Source of the DNA: Trueperaceae bacterium
Lineage (GTDB): Bacteria; Deinococcota; Deinococci; Deinococcales; Trueperaceae
Length of the DNA: 32,781 nt
Direction: 5' to 3'
NCBI GenBank assembly: GCA_035703635.1
Contig: DASSXV010000012.1
Span: 1 to 32,781 of the forward strand
The notes below the pieces were generated by a model. The model searched no databases. It was not told where the DNA came from and saw nothing but the letters and a program-made list of their open reading frames with translations. Below are positions 27,726 through 32,781 of the stretch, one piece after another. Numbering within the stretch: the first letter of the stretch is position 1; every line of letters starts with the position of its first letter. The translations under genes were made by a program, and so were the position numbers.

Positions 27726-29438
27726 GTGCTGCGCCGCTTCTTCTCCTATTACGCTCCTTACAAGAGGCTGTTCGCCATCGACTTCACCAGCGCGGTGGTC
27801 GCTGGCGTGCTCGAGCTTGCCTTCCCGCTCGCCGTGCAGCTCTTCATCGACCGCCTCCTTCCGACCGGTCACTGGGCGTCCATCACCATGGCTGCCGTTG
27901 CGCTCGGGGCGGTCTACCTCCTCAACACGGGCTTGATGGCGGTCGTGACTTACTGGGGGCACATGCTCGGCATCAACATCGAGACGGACATGCGCCGCAA
28001 CGCCTTCGACCACCTCCAGAAGCTCTCGTTCGGTTACTACGACGAGCAGAAGACCGGCCACCTGGTAGCGCGCCTCACGAAGGACTTGGAGGAGATCGGC
28101 GAGGTCGCGCACCACGGCCCGGAGGACCTGTTCATCGCCGTCATGACCCTCCTCGGCGCGTTCGTCCTCATGTTCACCGTCAACGTGCCCCTCGCCCTCA
28201 TCACCTTGGCGGTCGTGCCGTTCACGGGGTGGTTCACGGTGCGTTACGGCGGCCGCATGACGCGCAACTGGCGGGCCATCTACGACCGCGTTGGCGCGTT
28301 CAACGGCCGCATCGAGGAGAACGTCGGCGGCATTCGCGTAGTCCAGGCGTTCGCTAACGAGGACCACGAACGCGGCTTGTTCGCGGCCGATAACGAGGCG
28401 TACCGCACCACCAAGCTCGAGGCCTACCGCATCATGGCGGCAACGCACGCCTTCTCGTACCTCAGCATGCGTTTCACGCAACTGATCGTCATGGTGGCGG
28501 GCAGCTACTTCGTAGTGAGCGGCAACCTGAGCAACGGTGGGTTCGTGGCGTTCATCCTCCTCGTCGGCGTGTTCTTCCGGCCGCTCGAGAAGATCAACTC
28601 GGTCATCGAGACGTACCCGAAGGGCATCGCTGGCTTCAAGCGCTACACGGAGCTGATCGACACCCGCCCAGACATCGAGGATCGCCCTGGCGCCACGGCC
28701 GTATCTCACCTGAGCGGCGACATCGTCTACGAGGACGTTAGCTTCGGTTACGCGTCAGGCAAGACGGTCCTTTCGGGTATCGACCTGCACGTCGCCGCCG
28801 GCGAGACGGTGGCCTTCGTGGGACCGTCTGGCGCTGGCAAGACCACGATCTGCTCGCTCCTGCCGCGCTTCTACGAGCCGACGGCTGGGCGCATAACCAT
28901 CGATGGCCGCGACGTGCGCGACATGACCCTCGCTAGCCTGCGGCGCAACATCGGCATCGTGCAGCAAGACGTTTTCCTCTTCGCTGGCACCATCCGCGCG
29001 AACATCGAGTACGGCAAGCTCGGCGCTTCGGAGGCCGAGATAGTGGAAGCCGCGCGCCGCGCGCGTCTCGATAGCCTGATCGCAGAGCTCCCGCTCGGCC
29101 TAGACACGGTCATCGGGGAGCGCGGCGTGAAGCTCTCAGGTGGGCAGAAGCAGCGCCTCGCCATCGCCCGGATATTCCTCAAGAACCCGCCCATCCTCAT
29201 CCTGGACGAGGCGACCTCGGCGCTGGATACTCAGACCGAGCGCGCCATCCAACAATCGCTGCTCGAGTTGGCCGAGGGCCGCACCACGCTCGTGATCGCG
29301 CATAGGCTGGCCACCATCCAGGGCGCGGACCGCATCGTCGTAGTCGACGAGAGCGGCATCGCGGAGCAGGGCAACCACAGCGAACTGCTGGCGCAGGACG
29401 GCCTTTACAGCTTGCTGCACCGCGCGCAGAGCGTCTGA
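27726..29438 (+). CDS. ABC exporter, fused permease/ATP-binding protein (type IV, multidrug-like)
   Basis: N-terminal TM domain, GPSGAGKT, LSGGQKQR, ILDEATSALD, IAHRL; TAGCAT lies 6 nt before the GTG. Confidence 0.95.
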   Translation: MLRRFFSYYAPYKRLFAIDFTSAVVAGVLELAFPLAVQLFIDRLLPTGHWASITMAAVALGAVYLLNTGLMAVVTYWGHMLGINIETDMRRNAFDHLQKLSFGYYDEQKTGHLVARLTKDLEEIGEVAHHGPEDLFIAVMTLLGAFVLMFTVNVPLALITLAVVPFTGWFTVRYGGRMTRNWRAIYDRVGAFNGRIEENVGGIRVVQAFANEDHERGLFAADNEAYRTTKLEAYRIMAATHAFSYLSMRFTQLIVMVAGSYFVVSGNLSNGGFVAFILLVGVFFRPLEKINSVIETYPKGIAGFKRYTELIDTRPDIEDRPGATAVSHLSGDIVYEDVSFGYASGKTVLSGIDLHVAAGETVAFVGPSGAGKTTICSLLPRFYEPTAGRITIDGRDVRDMTLASLRRNIGIVQQDVFLFAGTIRANIEYGKLGASEAEIVEAARRARLDSLIAELPLGLDTVIGERGVKLSGGQKQRLAIARIFLKNPPILILDEATSALDTQTERAIQQSLLELAEGRTTLVIAHRLATIQGADRIVVVDESGIAEQGNHSELLAQDGLYSLLHRAQSV

Positions 29439-29463
29439 GGCAGGGGCGCGTGAGCTGAGTGCG

Positions 29464-31917
29464 TCAGGCGCTCTCCCGGTAGTCGTCGCGTAGGCGCCTG
29501 ACGCGCGCTCTTGCCACCGTCAGGCGCGGGTCGCCAGGCAGCAGCGCGGCGGCGGCCGCCTCCCAGCACTCGAGGTCGTCGGTCAAGCGTTCGGCTAGGT
29601 CGAAGAGCGCGTCGCCGTCGCCCGCCCCGAGCGCCGCCTGGCGCAGCAACTCCTCGAGGTCGAGGCGTTCACCTACCACCCCTGGCGCCTCGCTGCGCGG
29701 CAGCAGCGCGCTGCGGTAGAGCGCCACGGCCTGCCGCACCTCGCCCTTGGCGAGGTGGGCGCGCAGGTCGAGCACGTCGGACGAGAAGGGAACGAGGAAG
29801 CGGTACGGCGCATCGCTAATGGGCAGGGTCTTGCGTAGGCGGGTGAGCATGGCGCGCATGCCGCTCTTGGTGAAGGGCGTCTGGCCGTCGGGCACCAGGT
29901 AGTCGTTGAGCTCCTCGAGGTCGATGCCGTCGACGTTGTGCACGAGCGCAGTCGTCACTTCCGCCATGCGCTGAGGCAGCGGTTGGCTCTTGCCGTTGTA
30001 GCGCGCTGCCGGGGTTCCGAGCAGGCTAAGGCGGAGGTTGGCCTGCGGCACAGCCACGCGGTTCCATACGGGCGCGAGGAGCTCCTCCGGCCCGCTGACG
30101 ATGCGCAGCGCGATCGGCGCCGCCCCAGCCACGAGCGCAACGGCGTCGGGCGGTAGGTTCACCGCCGCGCCTTCGCTTGCGTACAGGTAGTAGAGGATGG
30201 CGCTGAGTCGATGCTCGGCGGCCAACTCTCGGTCCAAAGCCGCGGTTAGTAGGTCCGGGGCGGCGTCCTCGTCCCCCGCCACCGCGGCGACCATGCCGCG
30301 CGTGAGTTGGGCGACGGTCCACTCGTAACCGCGGGCGGCCTCCGCGAGCCCAACGACGTCCTCCGCTACCCGTCGCGCCTCGCCGACCCTGCCGAGCTCG
30401 AGCAGCACCCGCGCGAGGAGGTGACCGTGCACCGCCCGCGAGCGCCGCGGGCTCGCCTGGTAGTTGGCGAGGGCCAGCTCAAGCGCGGCCTCCGGTTGGC
30501 CCTCCGCTAGGTCGAGGAACGCGAGCGTGCCCCTCAATAAGGCCGCTAGTTGCGGGAGGTTGCCCTCCGCAATCACTTGCGCGTTCTCCAGCACGCCACG
30601 CGTGCCGACGAGGTCGCCGGTCATGATGTTGGCCATGGCGAGGTCGTTGACGAGCTGGAGCCGCCTTGCGCCGTCCCGCACGTCGCCGCGATCGAAGACG
30701 TCGAGGGTCCAGCGCGCCCAGCCTGCGGCTTGAGCGTAGTCGCCCATGCGTGAGAGGCGCGCTACGAGCATGCCCGCGTTGCGCACTAGGTCGAACGGCC
30801 CACCTATGTCGTCTGCCAGCTGCACTGACTCTCGCAGCAGTTGAAGGGCTTGATCTGGGTCTGGGTGCAGCCTGCCGTACTGCCAGAGGGTGAGGGGTGT
30901 GCGGCGCGCCTCGACGGCTTGTTTGGCTAGCGCGAAACCGCGTTCAGGTGGCAACGCTCCAGCGCGCCGCGCCCTGAGTTCGGGGGCGAGGTGCACGGTG
31001 AGGTGATAGTCGACGTCTGGCAAGACCGTTGCCACGTCACCGACGGCGAAACCCGCCACGAGGCGCCACTCGAGCACGCGTTCGCTTACCGAATACTCTG
31101 CCGGCAGGGCCGAGAGGATGAGGTGGAGGCGGGCTAGGAGCCCTTCTTCCTGATAGCGCGGCCCGGCTTGCTTGAGCAGGTCCTCTACGAGTTCCGGCGC
31201 CTTGAGGCTGGCGAGCTCGAGCGCGGCAACTAGCTCACCCTCACGCCTGAGGGCCTGGACGGCAACGGAAGCGTCGACGAGTTGCGCTTCTTGGTAATCG
31301 ACGAGGGCGCCGTCTGGGCTCGGGATGGTGATGGCGGGGATACCCGCCAGGCGGCTGCCACGCTGCAACAGCTCGGTGAAGCGCCCGCCTACCGCGTGCC
31401 ATAGCTCGTCTATTTGCGGGGTGGTGACCGCGCGCGGCAGGAGGAGTTCCGCCTCGTCGAGCGGCACGCGCAGCTCGTCCGGGCCTAACAAGGTGGACCC
31501 TGCCGTGACCGCGGCGGGGGGCGTTAGGCCCCCGCGCAGGTCGAGCAGCACGCGGAAACCGTCGTGCTGCATGGCGAGTACGGCCGGGAGCAGCGGCTCG
31601 TTCACGAGTTCCGTTGTCAGAGCAAGCCACAGCGGGCGCACGTCTGCGCCGTAATGGCTCAGTGCAGCTAGCTGGGCTTGGTAAGGGAGCGCCGAACCGA
31701 GCAGGCGCGTGCCGATGGCGTCATTGACGGCGCGCGCGAGGGCGTTGCCTTGCGCCACGGCGTCCCCAGCTGCCCCGCGCCCGACCTCGAACCAGGCCAC
31801 GGTGGCCTTGTCCTTGAGTCCTTCTAGGAGGAACGGGGCACCGTACGGCTCACCGCCCGTGAGGACCACGGGTCTGCTCGCCCCCGTGATGGCGGTGAGT
31901 TGGCGTTGGAGCCACAT
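29464..31917 (-). CDS. large transcriptional regulator: degenerate MalT/STAND-like N-terminus, TPR-like helical region, C-terminal SARP-type wHTH + BTAD
   Basis: N-terminal VVLTGGEPYGAP..VAWFEV (decayed P-loop); Ala/Leu helical repeats; C-terminal LRLSLLGTP...LTRLRKTL...SDVLDL...AVALYRSALLP..E; TATCCT lies 6 nt before the ATG. Confidence 0.78.
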   Translation of the reverse strand: MWLQRQLTAITGASRPVVLTGGEPYGAPFLLEGLKDKATVAWFEVGRGAAGDAVAQGNALARAVNDAIGTRLLGSALPYQAQLAALSHYGADVRPLWLALTTELVNEPLLPAVLAMQHDGFRVLLDLRGGLTPPAAVTAGSTLLGPDELRVPLDEAELLLPRAVTTPQIDELWHAVGGRFTELLQRGSRLAGIPAITIPSPDGALVDYQEAQLVDASVAVQALRREGELVAALELASLKAPELVEDLLKQAGPRYQEEGLLARLHLILSALPAEYSVSERVLEWRLVAGFAVGDVATVLPDVDYHLTVHLAPELRARRAGALPPERGFALAKQAVEARRTPLTLWQYGRLHPDPDQALQLLRESVQLADDIGGPFDLVRNAGMLVARLSRMGDYAQAAGWARWTLDVFDRGDVRDGARRLQLVNDLAMANIMTGDLVGTRGVLENAQVIAEGNLPQLAALLRGTLAFLDLAEGQPEAALELALANYQASPRRSRAVHGHLLARVLLELGRVGEARRVAEDVVGLAEAARGYEWTVAQLTRGMVAAVAGDEDAAPDLLTAALDRELAAEHRLSAILYYLYASEGAAVNLPPDAVALVAGAAPIALRIVSGPEELLAPVWNRVAVPQANLRLSLLGTPAARYNGKSQPLPQRMAEVTTALVHNVDGIDLEELNDYLVPDGQTPFTKSGMRAMLTRLRKTLPISDAPYRFLVPFSSDVLDLRAHLAKGEVRQAVALYRSALLPRSEAPGVVGERLDLEELLRQAALGAGDGDALFDLAERLTDDLECWEAAAAALLPGDPRLTVARARVRRLRDDYRESA

Positions 31918-32018
31918 CGTCTCAGGATAGCCGCCGCGTTAGCTGGCGGCTGCGGTGTTACGGGATTCATGTTGAGAGCAAGTGGTCTTTTGTCGGCAGT
32001 GCCTGCCCCTGGTGGTTG

Positions 32019-32213
32019 TCAGGCGCTCCGCAACTGGTGGCCGTACGCGGCCACGGCAGCGCGGTCGCTTGGGGCGTTGGTGGCGTACGTGAGTTGGCGT
32101 TCGATCTCGGCGGCCGCTTGCAGAACGCGTGCCTGACGCAGCAGGACTTTGTCTCCTACGAACGTGAACGTCGTGGTTGCCTGCAGCTTACGGAGCGCTT
32201 CTTCTCTGTCCAT
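32019..32213 (-). CDS. small hypothetical protein (64 aa)
   Basis: ATG 32213 follows a GAAGAGGGTG RBS-like tract and a TACCCT -10 box with upstream heptamer repeats; no recognisable family. Confidence 0.6.
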   Translation of the reverse strand: MDREEALRKLQATTTFTFVGDKVLLRQARVLQAAAEIERQLTYATNAPSDRAAVAAYGHQLRSA

Positions 32214-32245
32214 GGTCGAACTCACCCTCTTCCGATGTGAGAGTA

Positions 32246-32279
32246 AGGGTAGGCGCTAATGCGCTTCAGTGTCGCTTCA
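32246..32279 (-). promoter_or_regulatory. leftward activator-type promoter TGAAGCG-acac-TGAAGCG-N10-TACCCT
   Basis: Heptamers at 32279-32273 and 32268-32262 (11-bp period); -10 box at 32251-32246. Confidence 0.75.
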
Positions 32280-32297
32280 GATGAGATGCGCAGGCGG

Positions 32298-32331
32298 TGA
32301 AGCGCCTTTGAAGCGGGTCGCGGATTACCTT
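32298..32331 (+). promoter_or_regulatory. rightward activator-type promoter TGAAGCG-cctt-TGAAGCG-N10-TACCTT
   Basis: Heptamers at 32298-32304 and 32309-32315 (11-bp period); -10 box at 32326-32331. Confidence 0.75.
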
Positions 32332-32364
32332 CTGGTCACTACGCCACGGAGGTACTCCCCCATC

Positions 32365-32511
32365 ATGCGCAACCTCAAGAACATCTTCACCGCCCTGATC
32401 GTCACCCTCGCCGTATCCGGTCTCGCCGTTGGCAGCGTCGCCGCCTACAGCCCTGCCAATGCCGTCTTCGCTGGCACAAGCAACCTTCCAGGCGAGTGGG
32501 ACGTCGGCTAA
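32365..32511 (+). CDS. 48-aa secreted peptide precursor (candidate signalling peptide)
   Basis: MRNLKNIFTALIVTLAVSGLAVGSVAA-YSPANAVFAGTSNLPGEWDVG has a basic n-region, hydrophobic h-region and VAA cleavage site; GGAGG at 32348-32352; GC-ending codon bias. Confidence 0.8.
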   Translation: MRNLKNIFTALIVTLAVSGLAVGSVAAYSPANAVFAGTSNLPGEWDVG

Positions 32512-32614
32512 GTCACCCCGCGGAGTCTTGGGCTGGCGGTTCAACTTGCCGCAGCTCAGCGCGCCCATGGCCTAGGCCCAACTAAGCCCTGAACTAAAGA
32601 GCCACTTCCCCCGA

Positions 32615-32781
32615 ATGCCCTCACCATTAGAAGACCTGACATTCATGTTTCAGCCCATCGCCAGCCTGGCGAGTGAGCGAGACGACTGGTCAGAAGCGTT
32701 AGTTCGCTGGCAGATGCCAGACGGCACCGTTCGCGGTCCGCTCGATATCTTGCCGCGCTGGTTGGCTCCAGCACGGATCGA
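32615..32781 (+). CDS. EAL domain protein (5' part; runs off the window)
   Basis: Manual translation: MPSPLEDLTFMFQPIASLASERDDWSEALVRWQMPDGTVRGPLDILPRWLAPARI. FQPI...EALVRW..PDG is the EAL domain N-terminal signature. Not in the supplied ORF track. Confidence 0.8.
   Translation, partial: MPSPLEDLTFMFQPIASLASERDDWSEALVRWQMPDGTVRGPLDILPRWLAPARI

Noticed and set aside
32269-32364. N-terminal extension of the peptide ORF (80-aa version)
   Set aside because: It runs through the promoter and heptamer region; the RBS and signal peptide point to ATG 32365.
34-32568. Numerous overlapping antisense and alternate-frame ORFs (e.g. 6095-6916, 7037-7867, 27684-28709, 32266-32568)
   Set aside because: They shadow well-supported genes, show no family motifs, and are expected in high-GC DNA with few stop codons.

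Overview
High-GC bacterial chromosomal window. Many genes have a TANNNT -10 box 6-8 nt before the start codon (leaderless-type), which fits Deinococcota such as Trueperaceae; this is an inference. From left to right: (1) a minus-strand reductive pyrimidine catabolism cluster (mmsA, preT, preA, hydA and an NMT1/THI5-type ABC importer), in which one permease carries a large duplicated beta-rich insertion; (2) a PLP trans-sulfuration enzyme, a GGDEF-STAND-TPR fusion and a DUF4342 protein; (3) an accessory patch with an AAA_14/DUF4143 ATPase behind a 4x23-bp repeat array, spliced remnants of restriction-modification and alcohol dehydrogenase genes, a holin-like/UbiB kinase fusion, a cupin, a Fic protein and an AraC-VOC-UvrA2 cassette; (4) TRIC, AzlCD and ABC exporter genes; (5) at the right end, the best candidate for an undescribed system: a TPR/wHTH-BTAD regulator, a 64-aa orphan and a divergent 48-aa secreted peptide, driven by two mirror-image TGAAGCG-N4-TGAAGCG-N10-TACCYT promoters, followed by an EAL-domain gene missing from the ORF track. 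This looks like a peptide quorum-sensing circuit linked to c-di-GMP. No rRNA, tRNA, CRISPR array, integrase or transposase was recognised.
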